Below are positions 17,611 through 28,079 of a stretch of 64,000 nucleotides of DNA, one piece after another (positions within the stretch are counted from its first letter, which is position 1; each line of letters begins with the position of its first letter). Position numbers and translations under genes: made by a program. This DNA comes from Vicinamibacterales bacterium (lineage in GTDB: Bacteria; Acidobacteriota; Vicinamibacteria; Vicinamibacterales; UBA2999). Under the pieces are notes generated by a model. The model did no database searches. It was not told where the DNA came from and worked only from the letters and a program-made list of their open reading frames with translations. Where the stretch lies: the NCBI GenBank assembly GCA_965262505.1, contig CBDHFM010000018.1:1173-65172 (forward strand), written 5' to 3'.

Positions 17611-20388
17611 GTGGACGTTCATCGTCACGGGACCAAAGACGAGACGACTCGCGAAGCAGAAATGAATGGGCCGCACAACATGGACATTCTTCCCTTCTGG
17701 GGAAAGGCCCGACCTCGCAATCCCGACCGCGGGCCGAAGTGGCATCCGTTGGTATTTCACTCCCTTGATGTGGCCGCCGTGGGGGAATATTTACTGGCAC
17801 GGCATCGCGGGTTGGACGAGGGACTCAGTCGCTTGCTGGGGCTTCCGCGTGAGGACGCTGCCCCGCTAATCTGTTTCTTGCTCTGTCTCCACGACATCGG
17901 CAAGTTTGCCAGGAAGTTTCAAGCCAAGGCGCCGGAGTGGTACCCGACGTGCTTTGGCGACGACCCCGCCAACCTGGCGGCCCATTACGATCATGGCGGC
18001 GGGGGGTTCCGCCTGTTCGAAGCCGAATCCGACCGCTTCAACCTGCCGGCCGGATCCGGCGTTTGGCGGCCCCTGATCTCAGCGGTCACCGGCCACCATG
18101 GGACGCCGCCGGAACCACGCATCAATGAAAGCCTGACCACGCTGCGAAGCGACTTCGGGCGGGTGGGAATTGAAGCTGCGCACCAATTTATCCAACAGGC
18201 GCATGGGCTGTTCGCTCCGCCGGAAGACCTTCCGGCGCTTGATTGCCGGCGGGCGCGTCGCGCGTCGTTCGCCGTCGCCGGCGTTGCCGTGCTGGCGGAC
18301 TGGATCGGATCGAAGGAGGAGTGGTTTCCCTATCGTGATCCGGTTCAAGACATTGAGGCGTATTGGAACGATGCGCGAGAACGAGCGAAACATGCAGTCA
18401 CGGAGGCAGGCGTACTGCCCGCAGATGTGAGACGTCACCTCGGCTACGGCGAGTTGATCGATCCCCGAGCCGTGCCGAGCCCGATGCAGGATTGGGCGCG
18501 GAAGGTGCAGCTCCCGTCCGGCCCGGCGCTGTTCATGATTGAGGACGAGACTGGGAGCGGCAAGACGGAAGCGGCGCTGATGCTCGCTCATCGACTGATG
18601 GCTTCCGGTTCGGCGGATGGCCTCTACGTGGCGCTGCCCACCATGGCCACGGCCAACGCCATGTTTGACCGGCTCGCGGTTGCGCACCGCCGTCTCTTCG
18701 CACAAGACGCCGAGCCGTCTATCGCCCTGGCGCACGGCGCGCGCGCCATGCACGAAGGCTTTCGGGCAGCGATGTCGCGCGGCTGGCGATTCGAAGCGCC
18801 CTATTCCAATGCGCGGGGACCGGAAGAAGCCTCCGAAACCACCGCATCGGCTGCCTGCGCGGCCTGGATCGCCGACGACCGGCGGCGATCTTTTCTGGCC
18901 GATGCGGGTGCCGGCACCGTCGATCAAGCGCTGTTGTCAGTGCTGCCGAGCCGTTACCAGTCGCTACGGCTCCTGGGTCTCATGCGGCGTGTGCTCATTC
19001 TCGACGAGGTGCACGCCTACGACGCCTATATGCAGCGCGAGATGGAGCGGTTGCTCGAGTTCCAGGCGGGGCTCGGCGGCTCGGTGATCCTGCTGTCCGC
19101 GACGCTGCCGCTGTCCGTCCGCAAGCGGCTGACCGACGCCTTCGCCAAAGGGCTGGGAAGGGATGTCGGCCCGGCCAGCCCTGGCATGGATTACCCCCTG
19201 GCCACGGTTTGCGCGACTGACATTGATTCATCCACGAAGGTAGCGGGGCGAGCCGGGCGGGCGCGCACGCTTCCGATGCGATTCCTCCGCTCTTCGGACG
19301 AGGCGTTGGACGAAGTCGAAAAGGCAGCCAGCGCTGGCAACGCTGTCCTCTACATTCGCAATACTGTCGACGACGCGTTCAACGCCCACGCGGTCCTGAA
19401 GGCCCGCGGACTCGCGCCCCGTCTCTTCCATGCCCGATTTGCACTGCATGACCGCTTGAAGATTGAAGGGCAGGTTGTGGAGAGGTTCGGCAAGCGCAGT
19501 GTTACCACCGGTCGCACAGGCCAGGTGCTGATCGCGACGCAGGTGGTCGAGCAGTCGCTCGATCTCGATTTCGATGTCCTGATCACCGACCTCGCCCCTA
19601 TCGATCTGCTGATCCAGCGCGCAGGAAGGCTCTGGCGCCACGACCGCCCGGAACGCGAAGGCCACCCGGAACTGCTCGTGGTGGGCCCCGAACCCGTCGT
19701 CGATGCGGACGAGCGATGGTTCGACCGAGCCTTTCCGCGTGCGAAATACGTCTATCGGGATCACGCACGTCTCTGGCTGACTGCTCGGGCGCTGGAGGAT
19801 GCCGGCGCCATCGAGAGTCCCGTGGGCTTGCGGGCGCTCATCGAATCCGTCTATGGAGATGATGTCGAGGCGCGCCTCCCGGATGCCTTGCAGGGCAGCT
19901 TCTTCGACGCCGAGGGCCGGGCGGGCGCAGAGCGCGGCGTTGCAACGACAAACGTGCTCAACCTTACCAAGGGCTACGTGCGAGACGGCGGCGCCTGGGA
20001 CAGCGACGTTCGAACACCAACCCGGCTCGACGACGATCCACAGGTTACGCTGCGGCTCGGTCGCGTCCGCGATGGCCGTATCGAGCCCTACGCCCCCGGC
20101 GAGGCGACGGACGAGCCATGGCGGCCGTGGCGGCTCAGCGAGGTGAATATTGCAGCGCGGCACGTTGGGGGCGAGGCCGTGCCGACGGAGCACGTCGAGG
20201 CCGCGCGAGCGGCGAAGGCAGACTGGACGCGGTTCGACGCGGAAAAGATCCTCGTCGTGCTCGACAAGGCCGCTACGGCTGGCACATCCTTGTCTGGATC
20301 GGCGGCGGCGGCGGGCGAGGCTCCGAACGAGGTCCTCCTGAGCTACGATCCGCAAGGGGGCTTGACGTGGAAGCGGAGCAAGGCGTGA
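17611..20388 (+). CDS. cas3: Cas3 HD nuclease-helicase
   Basis: HSLDV, LHDIGK, ADWIGS, ETGSGKTE, DEVH, QVVEQSLD and QRAGR. The true start may be a downstream ATG. Confidence 0.95.
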   Translation: MDVHRHGTKDETTREAEMNGPHNMDILPFWGKARPRNPDRGPKWHPLVFHSLDVAAVGEYLLARHRGLDEGLSRLLGLPREDAAPLICFLLCLHDIGKFARKFQAKAPEWYPTCFGDDPANLAAHYDHGGGGFRLFEAESDRFNLPAGSGVWRPLISAVTGHHGTPPEPRINESLTTLRSDFGRVGIEAAHQFIQQAHGLFAPPEDLPALDCRRARRASFAVAGVAVLADWIGSKEEWFPYRDPVQDIEAYWNDARERAKHAVTEAGVLPADVRRHLGYGELIDPRAVPSPMQDWARKVQLPSGPALFMIEDETGSGKTEAALMLAHRLMASGSADGLYVALPTMATANAMFDRLAVAHRRLFAQDAEPSIALAHGARAMHEGFRAAMSRGWRFEAPYSNARGPEEASETTASAACAAWIADDRRRSFLADAGAGTVDQALLSVLPSRYQSLRLLGLMRRVLILDEVHAYDAYMQREMERLLEFQAGLGGSVILLSATLPLSVRKRLTDAFAKGLGRDVGPASPGMDYPLATVCATDIDSSTKVAGRAGRARTLPMRFLRSSDEALDEVEKAASAGNAVLYIRNTVDDAFNAHAVLKARGLAPRLFHARFALHDRLKIEGQVVERFGKRSVTTGRTGQVLIATQVVEQSLDLDFDVLITDLAPIDLLIQRAGRLWRHDRPEREGHPELLVVGPEPVVDADERWFDRAFPRAKYVYRDHARLWLTARALEDAGAIESPVGLRALIESVYGDDVEARLPDALQGSFFDAEGRAGAERGVATTNVLNLTKGYVRDGGAWDSDVRTPTRLDDDPQVTLRLGRVRDGRIEPYAPGEATDEPWRPWRLSEVNIAARHVGGEAVPTEHVEAARAAKADWTRFDAEKILVVLDKAATAGTSLSGSAAAAGEAPNEVLLSYDPQGGLTWKRSKA

Positions 20389-22082
20389 CGGGTGCGATGT
20401 CAGCTAAACCGGCCCACGTCGTCTTCAACCTGATCAACGAACCGTGGCTGCCTCTGCGGCGTCGTAGCGGCACCGTCGAGCATATCCAACCGTGGCGGAT
20501 CAACGAGCGCATCAGCGAAGACCCGTTCGTCTCCTTCGCGTGGCCCCGGCCGGACTTCAACGGCGCGGCGCACGAGTTTCTTGTCGGCCTGCTGTCCACG
20601 ACCGCCGCTCCCGCGGACGACGACGAATGGAAGGACTGGTGGCTGGATCCGCCGCCGCCGGATGTCCTTGAGCCATGTTTCTCGACGGTCGCTCACGCCT
20701 TCGACCTGGACGGACCCGGACCGAGGTTTCTCCAGGACCTCGACCCGCTCGATGGCGCCGAAGACAAGGAAATTGCAGCGCTCTTGATCGACACGCCGGG
20801 CGCACAGACGCTGCGTAAGAACGCGGACCTATTCGTGAAGCGAGGCGGAGCGCCAGTATTTTCCCGCGCCGCCGCCGCGATGGCGCTCTTCACATTGAGC
20901 AACTACGCGCCTGCGGGCGGCGCCGGGCATCGCACGTCGCTGCGAGGCGGCGGCCCGATGACAACGCTGCTCGTCGCGGACCACTCCACGTACGGCAGCA
21001 CCCTCTGGGGTCGGCTGTGGCCCAACGTCGAGAGTCGGGAGCAAATCGAAGCGCGCGCGAGCGAGGCGACTCTGGACGACGATGTCGAGAGGGTATTTCC
21101 CTGGCTCGCTTCAACCCGTACCTCCAACCTGAAAGCCGGCGGCAAATCGACAACCCCCACTGACGTCCATCCCTTGCAGGTCTATTGGGGCATGCCTCGG
21201 CGCATTCGACTGCTGTTCGAAGACGCGAACGGTCGCGGATGCAGCCTCACCGCCGCGGAAGACGCCGTTGTCGTAACGAGCTATCGGACCAGGACCTACG
21301 GCGCCGACTACTCGGAAGGATTCGAACACCCGCTAACCCCCTACTACCGTCAGAAGGCAACGGCCATCGCCAAGCTTCCCGGTCACCCCAACCCAGGCGG
21401 TATCAGCTATCGCCTGTGGCCAGGGCTTGTCGTCCGGAGTAAGGACGGACTTCGCGAACCCGCGCAAGTTATCCGGCACTGGCAGCAAGAGCGGGTACGG
21501 AGTGCGAGCGAGTCCAGGTTTGCCGCCTTTGGCTATGACATGGACAACATGAAGGCACGTGCCTGGAGCGAAGGCGAGATGCCGCTCTGGTTCCTTGATG
21601 ATGAGACACGCGATTGGCTTGGTGAATTCATCCGCCGGGCAACGGCGGGTGCCAACACCGTCTCTCGCCTGGTGACGGGAGCCGTGAAATCCGCTCTTTA
21701 CGACCGGCCCAAGGACGCCAGCGGAGACTACGGGTTTATCGCCGAACGTTTCTATCGAGAGACGGAAGGAGCGTTCTACGCGGCTCTCGGCGCCGCCGTG
21801 GCTGCGATCAGGAACAATCCCGATAGCGACGACCCCACCATCGAGGCGCGCCGGCGCTGGGCGCCGATCATGGAAAAGGTGGCACTGCACCTGTTCGACG
21901 AGCACGCTCCCTCCGAAGGGTTGGAGGACCGGAAGATGCATCGCCACGTGAAGGCGCGGTTCTTGCTGACGCTCGCACTTTGCGGACGTGGAACGGCAGG
22001 TAAGTCCCTGTTTGATGGCGATCTAGGTATTGCCTCACCCGAAACCAGGCAGTCGCGGAGAGGTCCGGAGGAGGTAGCATGA
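20385..22082 (+). CDS. cas8e: Type I-E large subunit Cas8e/Cse1
   Basis: FNLINEPWLP, GGAGHRTSLRGGGP and WGMPRRIRL; GTGA overlap with cas3. Confidence 0.92.
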   Translation: MTGAMSAKPAHVVFNLINEPWLPLRRRSGTVEHIQPWRINERISEDPFVSFAWPRPDFNGAAHEFLVGLLSTTAAPADDDEWKDWWLDPPPPDVLEPCFSTVAHAFDLDGPGPRFLQDLDPLDGAEDKEIAALLIDTPGAQTLRKNADLFVKRGGAPVFSRAAAAMALFTLSNYAPAGGAGHRTSLRGGGPMTTLLVADHSTYGSTLWGRLWPNVESREQIEARASEATLDDDVERVFPWLASTRTSNLKAGGKSTTPTDVHPLQVYWGMPRRIRLLFEDANGRGCSLTAAEDAVVVTSYRTRTYGADYSEGFEHPLTPYYRQKATAIAKLPGHPNPGGISYRLWPGLVVRSKDGLREPAQVIRHWQQERVRSASESRFAAFGYDMDNMKARAWSEGEMPLWFLDDETRDWLGEFIRRATAGANTVSRLVTGAVKSALYDRPKDASGDYGFIAERFYRETEGAFYAALGAAVAAIRNNPDSDDPTIEARRRWAPIMEKVALHLFDEHAPSEGLEDRKMHRHVKARFLLTLALCGRGTAGKSLFDGDLGIASPETRQSRRGPEEVA

Positions 22083-22624
22083 CGGACTCGACACAACAGA
22101 GCGCCGCGTCGATCGCTTACGAATGGTGGCGCCGCCTGCATCCACTGAGTGTCCCGCAGTCCGGCGCCCAGCGTGCGGCGCTTGCCCGCATGCGACGGGC
22201 GGCCGCCCCGATTGATGTGATACAGGAGCCAGAAGCGCTGCGCCTTATTGCAAGGCTGCCGCGGAATCCGGACCGGGTTGCCATGCTCGCTGGAATCCTG
22301 GCATGTGTCCGCGAGTCCGACGACCGGCGCGTCGCCCGTGCCGTTGGCCGCACGACGCTTGACGATGAGCAGTCAGCCCTCATGTCCGAAGGCCGTTTCC
22401 GCCGCCTGCTTCAGGTGCAGGACGGCGAGCTCATGGAAGCCATGCGCCGGCTTGTCCGCATGACCAAAGGGACGGCCAACGTCCGTGACCTGTCTTCCGC
22501 GGTCCTCTACTGGGGCGACGGGGTGAAGAAGCGCTGGATATTCGATTACTACGGCGTTGCCGACAGCATCCGGTCGGACGCGGGCGCGTCAGTGTCGTCG
22601 GCTAGAACGCAACTCGAACAATAG
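22079..22624 (+). CDS. cse2: Type I-E small subunit Cse2/Cas11
   Basis: EWWRRL...MSEGRFRRLL...WIFDYY; operon position. Confidence 0.9.
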   Translation: MTDSTQQSAASIAYEWWRRLHPLSVPQSGAQRAALARMRRAAAPIDVIQEPEALRLIARLPRNPDRVAMLAGILACVRESDDRRVARAVGRTTLDDEQSALMSEGRFRRLLQVQDGELMEAMRRLVRMTKGTANVRDLSSAVLYWGDGVKKRWIFDYYGVADSIRSDAGASVSSARTQLEQ

Positions 22625-22634
22625 GAATCTGAGA

Positions 22635-23687
22635 ATGGCTGATTTCCTGCAACTGCATCTCCTCACTGCCTACGGTCCGTCCAATCTGAACCGCGACGAT
22701 ACCGGTCGTCCCAAGAGCGTCGTCTTCGGCGGCGTGCCTCGCTTGCGCGTGTCCTCGCAGAGCTTGAAGCGTGCCTGGCGGACGTCCGACGTCTTCAATG
22801 CGAAGCTTGACGGCCACCTCGCAGACCGCACGCAACGGCTGGGCAAGGCCGTCTTCGATCGCTTACGCAAGGGCGGCATGGAGGACGACTTGGCTCTCAA
22901 GACCGCCCGCGGCATTGCCGGCGTATTCGGCAAGATCAAGAAGGAGCAGGACAAAGATCCCACCTTCACGGAACAGCTCGTCTTTGTGTCCCCGGATGAG
23001 CAAGAGAAGGCGTTCGCGCTTGCCGACAAGGCCCTCACCGGAGAAGCCCTTGAGGACCCTCAGGCGGATGACCTACTCCAGAAGGTGGATACGGCCGCAG
23101 ACATCGCGATGTTCGGGCGCATGCTGGCCGATAATCCGAAGTTTAACCGCGAGGCGGCGGTGCAGGTTGCGCACGCCATGACGACGCATCGCGCCATTGC
23201 AGAGGACGACTACTACACTGCCGTCGACGATCTGAAGTCCCGTGAGGAGCCGGACGACGCTGGCGCCGGATTTATCGGCGTCCAGGAATTCGGCGCCGGC
23301 GTCTTCTACCTGTACGTCTGCGTTGACCGAGGGCTTCTCCTCCGAAACCTCGACAATACACAAGCCGTGCATGACGCCAGCCTGGCCGCGCTCGTCGAAG
23401 CCTCCGCGACCGTTGCGCCCGGCGGCAAGCAGGCGAGCTTCGCGAGCCTCGCCCGCGCCGTCTATGTCCTTGCCGAGAAGGGGTCCGCTCAACCGCGGAG
23501 CCTCGCTGCTGCCTTCCTTAAACCCGTCACGGGGACCAATCAGGGAGAGCACTCCATCATGGCGCTGGAGGAATATCGGGATCGGCTCGATACCGCGTAC
23601 GGCTCCTGCGCGGATGACCGGTACACGATGAATATAGAGAAAGGCGAGGGAACGTTGCACAGCTTGCTCGCCTTCGCGGTGAGCTGA
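22635..23687 (+). CDS. cas7: Cas7
   Basis: SNLNRDDTGRPK, RVSSQSLKRAWR, DIAMFGRM and DYYTAVDD. Confidence 0.95.
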   Translation: MADFLQLHLLTAYGPSNLNRDDTGRPKSVVFGGVPRLRVSSQSLKRAWRTSDVFNAKLDGHLADRTQRLGKAVFDRLRKGGMEDDLALKTARGIAGVFGKIKKEQDKDPTFTEQLVFVSPDEQEKAFALADKALTGEALEDPQADDLLQKVDTAADIAMFGRMLADNPKFNREAAVQVAHAMTTHRAIAEDDYYTAVDDLKSREEPDDAGAGFIGVQEFGAGVFYLYVCVDRGLLLRNLDNTQAVHDASLAALVEASATVAPGGKQASFASLARAVYVLAEKGSAQPRSLAAAFLKPVTGTNQGEHSIMALEEYRDRLDTAYGSCADDRYTMNIEKGEGTLHSLLAFAVS

Positions 23688-23769
23688 CCTGACCCGGCGG
23701 AGCGGGAACCAGACGCCTGTTCATGAATGGTTTCGACGTCTTGCATGAAATTTGATCGGTAATGGACTG

Positions 23770-24501
23770 ATGCGCTTTCTGTTGTTCACTCTCTATGCCC
23801 CGATGGGATCGTTCGGCGAGATAGCCGTCGGCGAACGCCGCATGAGCTGGGCGCGGCCAGGGCGCTCGGCGGTCCTTGGGCTGGTAGCCGCTGCCCAGGG
23901 GATCGAACGCGCGAATGAAGCTGCTCACCAGCGACTGGAAGCCAGCCTCTACTATGCCGTCAGAACGGACGCGCCGGGCCGGCCGCTGCTGGACTATCAC
24001 ACCGCCCAGACTCCAAAGGCCCGCAGGAGCCAAACGTTCGCAACGCGGCGGGAGGAACTGGAGCCGGACGATCTCAACACCGTGCTATCCGTCCGCGAGT
24101 GGCGGGTAGATGCCTGCTTTACGGTCGCCCTGTGGCCGCGGCCTGACCAGGCCGCAAACCTTGACGAGATCGTCGGCGCTCTGCGGTATCCTCGTTTCTT
24201 GCTCTACGTCGGGCGCAAATCTGGGCCTCTCGGCCTGCCGCTCAACGCCGAGATCATTGAAGCCGATACGTTCCTGGCGGCCTTCGACGCCCGGCAGCCG
24301 AACGACGAAGAACGCAAGATCTTGCAACGCACTTACGTTGACGGCACAGCCCGCGGCGGAATCGCGTGTGACCACGACGCACCGGGAGCGCCTGGCGAAA
24401 CCCGCCTTGAACGGCGGCGCGATGCGGTTGCCAGCCGTGCACGCTGGCAGTTTGCGGACCGACTGGAACGAGTCGTGGTCCCGGAACGCAGCGAGGCCTG
24501 A
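23770..24501 (+). CDS. cas5: Cas5e
   Basis: LYAPMGSFG, PGRSAVLGLVAAAQG, DYHT and YVGRKS. Confidence 0.93.
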   Translation: MRFLLFTLYAPMGSFGEIAVGERRMSWARPGRSAVLGLVAAAQGIERANEAAHQRLEASLYYAVRTDAPGRPLLDYHTAQTPKARRSQTFATRREELEPDDLNTVLSVREWRVDACFTVALWPRPDQAANLDEIVGALRYPRFLLYVGRKSGPLGLPLNAEIIEADTFLAAFDARQPNDEERKILQRTYVDGTARGGIACDHDAPGAPGETRLERRRDAVASRARWQFADRLERVVVPERSEA

Positions 24502-24506
24502 CAGCG

Positions 24507-25193
24507 ATGTTGTATCTCTCCCGCGCCAGCCTCAAACGCGACGCCTCCGTGGCGGCGCTCGCGCCCCTGCTGCTGGGGAAGTCTGGGAGAGGCGGCCACA
24601 CCGGGCAACCGGGGCATCATCTCGTGTGGTCTCTCTTCGCCGATGGTCCCGATCGGCAGCGTGACTTTCTCTGGCGCGAGATGGATACCGGCGTGTTCCT
24701 CATCCTGTCCGCCCGTCCGCCGGAGGATCGGCATGGACTGTTCGAAATCGCGGAACCCAAGCCGTTCACGCCAACACTCGAACCCGGAGATCCGCTGAGA
24801 TTCTCGCTGCGTGCCAATCCCGTACTCCGTCGTCGCGATCCCGCGCGCCGTCGTTCCGTCAAGCACGATGTGGTGATGGACGCGCTACGGTCCCATGCCA
24901 ACGGCGATCGTGCCGTTCATCGGCGCGCCGCCGTCTGGGAGCAGGGCCTCGCATGGCTCGAACGACAGAGCGGAAGTGCCGGGTTTGCGTTCGATCCGAA
25001 ATGTGTGCGAGTTGACGGCTACGAGCAGTTGCGCGTGTCACGTAAAGGATCGCCCGCGATGGCGTTTTCGACGCTGGAGTTCGAAGGGCTGTTGACGGTC
25101 AGTGATCCTGACGCTTTTCTGTCGGGTATCGCGCGCGGCTTCGGTGCTACCAAGGCGTATGGCTGCGGCCTGATGCTGATTCGCCGGGCGTGA
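24507..25193 (+). CDS. cas6e: Cas6e
   Basis: MLYLSR, FSLRANP and the C-terminal G-rich loop GFGATKAYGCGLM. Confidence 0.93.
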   Translation: MLYLSRASLKRDASVAALAPLLLGKSGRGGHTGQPGHHLVWSLFADGPDRQRDFLWREMDTGVFLILSARPPEDRHGLFEIAEPKPFTPTLEPGDPLRFSLRANPVLRRRDPARRRSVKHDVVMDALRSHANGDRAVHRRAAVWEQGLAWLERQSGSAGFAFDPKCVRVDGYEQLRVSRKGSPAMAFSTLEFEGLLTVSDPDAFLSGIARGFGATKAYGCGLMLIRRA

Positions 25194-25239
25194 TTGAGGG
25201 CTATGCGATGGTCCGCCGAACATTGCTCCATTACGGATT

Positions 25240-25630
25240 CAGAGGGACCGCAAGCGGAATGGGGTGACATCCTTCAGCGAATCGAGGACGGCGACAATCA
25301 ACAAACGGAGTTCAAGCGCGGCCGGGAGACCTGTCGGCCGTTGGCAGAGCGATCTGCGCGTTTACGAATGCCGCCGGAGGCGTCATCATCCTGGGAGTCG
25401 AAAAGCGTTGGTGCTCAGGAAAACGCTGAGCACGCGCACGACCGCCTGACGTCATTTCTGCACACCGGTTGCAGCACACCGGTCTCCGCTCGCACGGGAC
25501 GTCACGAAGATCCCAGTGAGTGGGTGCTTGGGTGGAAGTCCCACGCCAGCAGGGATTCGAGCCGATACGTTCCGACTGGGAAGATCGCCATTTGCTTCCC
25601 CGGACAGCGCTTCGTGACAATGTCATCTGA
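25240..25630 (+). pseudogene. Frameshifted AlbA_2/Schlafen-like domain relic inside the cas operon
   Basis: ILQRIEDGDNQQTEFKRG, then in a shifted frame LSAVGRAICAFTNAAGGVIILGVE. Confidence 0.7.
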
Positions 25631-25681
25631 CGCTGGGTACGGCCCGGAACGTGCGGCCGGTTCAACGGAGGATCGGGACTG

Positions 25682-26918
<1,237 letters not shown>

Positions 26919-27023
26919 TCGTCAGAAATCGGGCCGCGCCCCTCGGTCCAGAGACAGGCGAGCTAAACTGGTGCGCTTGGTGGCATCCAGTAACACCTTC
27001 TCAATTAAAGCGTTGTAGGAAGA
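26919..27023 (+). promoter_or_regulatory. CRISPR leader
   Basis: Lower-GC stretch between cas2 and the first repeat. Confidence 0.7.
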
Positions 27024-27235
27024 GTGTTCCCCGCGCGGGCGGGGATGAACCGCGGCGGCAGCAGAGTCTGACGATGCTCTGGACGTGTTCCCCGCGCGGA
27101 CGGGGATGAACCGTGGATTCGACCGGACAAGCGGCTCTCTATCTAGTGTTCCCCGCGCGGGCGGGGATGAACCGGCGAAGAGCGTAAGAGTTTCTGCCCC
27201 TGTTAAGTGTTCCCCGCGCGGGCGGGGATGAACCG
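27024..27235 (+). CRISPR. Type I-E array: 4 repeats, 3 spacers
   Basis: 29-bp GTGTTCCCCGCGCGGGCGGGGATGAACCG at 27024, 27085 (one G>A change), 27146 and 27207; 32-bp spacers. Confidence 0.97.
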
Positions 27236-27339
27236 GGGGCATTGATGGGTCGGCGTGGGGCGGCTCGCCGGTTCGGCGACTTCCGCCCAAGCCAGTGCTA
27301 CGCTTCCATCCGATTTGGGTTCATCACTGAGCATGATCC

Positions 27340-27897
27340 ATGGGCACCTTCGTCGCTATTGACTTCGAGACCGCCACCACCAGCCGCGACAGCGCCTGCG
27401 CGGTCGGCCTTGCGGCCTGCAGCGGCAGCCGGATCGTGCTCTCGCGGACCTACCTGATCCGGCCGCCAGCCAGGCAGTTCACGTTCACGGGGCTCCATGG
27501 TCTCGGTTGGCAGGACGTGCGCGACGCGCCCACCTTCGCCGAGCTGTGGCCGACGCTCCGCGCCTGGGTCGACGACGCGACGTTCGTCGCCGCCCACAAT
27601 GCGCCGTTTGACCAGAGCGTCCTGCGCGCCTGTTGTGCCAGGTACCGGCTGCACCCGCCGCGGACGCCGTTCACCTGTACTGTGCAGCTCGCGCGTGCGC
27701 AGTGGGGAATCTCCCCGACGAAGCTGCCCGACGTCTGCCGCGAGCTTCGCATCCCGCTCCGTCACCACGACGCTGGAGCGGATGCGCTGGCGTGTGCGCG
27801 CATCGTTCTCGCGGCCGTGGCCGATGGTTGGCGTCCCGGGAAGCGCCGGCGCCGTCGAGGCGTCGTCACACGTCTTGAACAGCGCGCTAGGTTCTAG
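27340..27897 (+). CDS. DEDDh 3'-5' exonuclease (DnaQ-like)
   Basis: ExoI IDFET, ExoII AHNAPFD, ExoIII HHDAGADA. Confidence 0.9.
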   Translation: MGTFVAIDFETATTSRDSACAVGLAACSGSRIVLSRTYLIRPPARQFTFTGLHGLGWQDVRDAPTFAELWPTLRAWVDDATFVAAHNAPFDQSVLRACCARYRLHPPRTPFTCTVQLARAQWGISPTKLPDVCRELRIPLRHHDAGADALACARIVLAAVADGWRPGKRRRRRGVVTRLEQRARF

Positions 27898-27901
27898 TAG
27901 G

Positions 27902-27967
27902 GAGTCCACAACCGGACGGGATTGCAGAAAGGAACGGTTGTGCACCCCTCTGGCCACAGACGGGTTT
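27902..27967 (+). other. res-like site A
   Basis: 27922-27967 is 40/46 identical to the reverse complement of 34511-34556; 5' part shared with 32521-32563. Confidence 0.7.
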
Positions 27968-28079
27968 CCATGGTCAGATCGAGACGTTCTTTACCATCAG
28001 GTTGACGAACGTTTCAGATGGCGGTTCCGCGTGCGGACCAGCCGAGTGTGGCACCGGGCCACTCCTTCCGGATGCGTCG

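Noticed and set aside
27085-27113. Repeat 2 variant as a functional signal
   Set aside because: A single change at the inner stem pair; the hairpin is largely retained.
27053-27206. Self-targeting spacers
   Set aside because: No match to the three spacers was found by eye in this window; only short chance matches.
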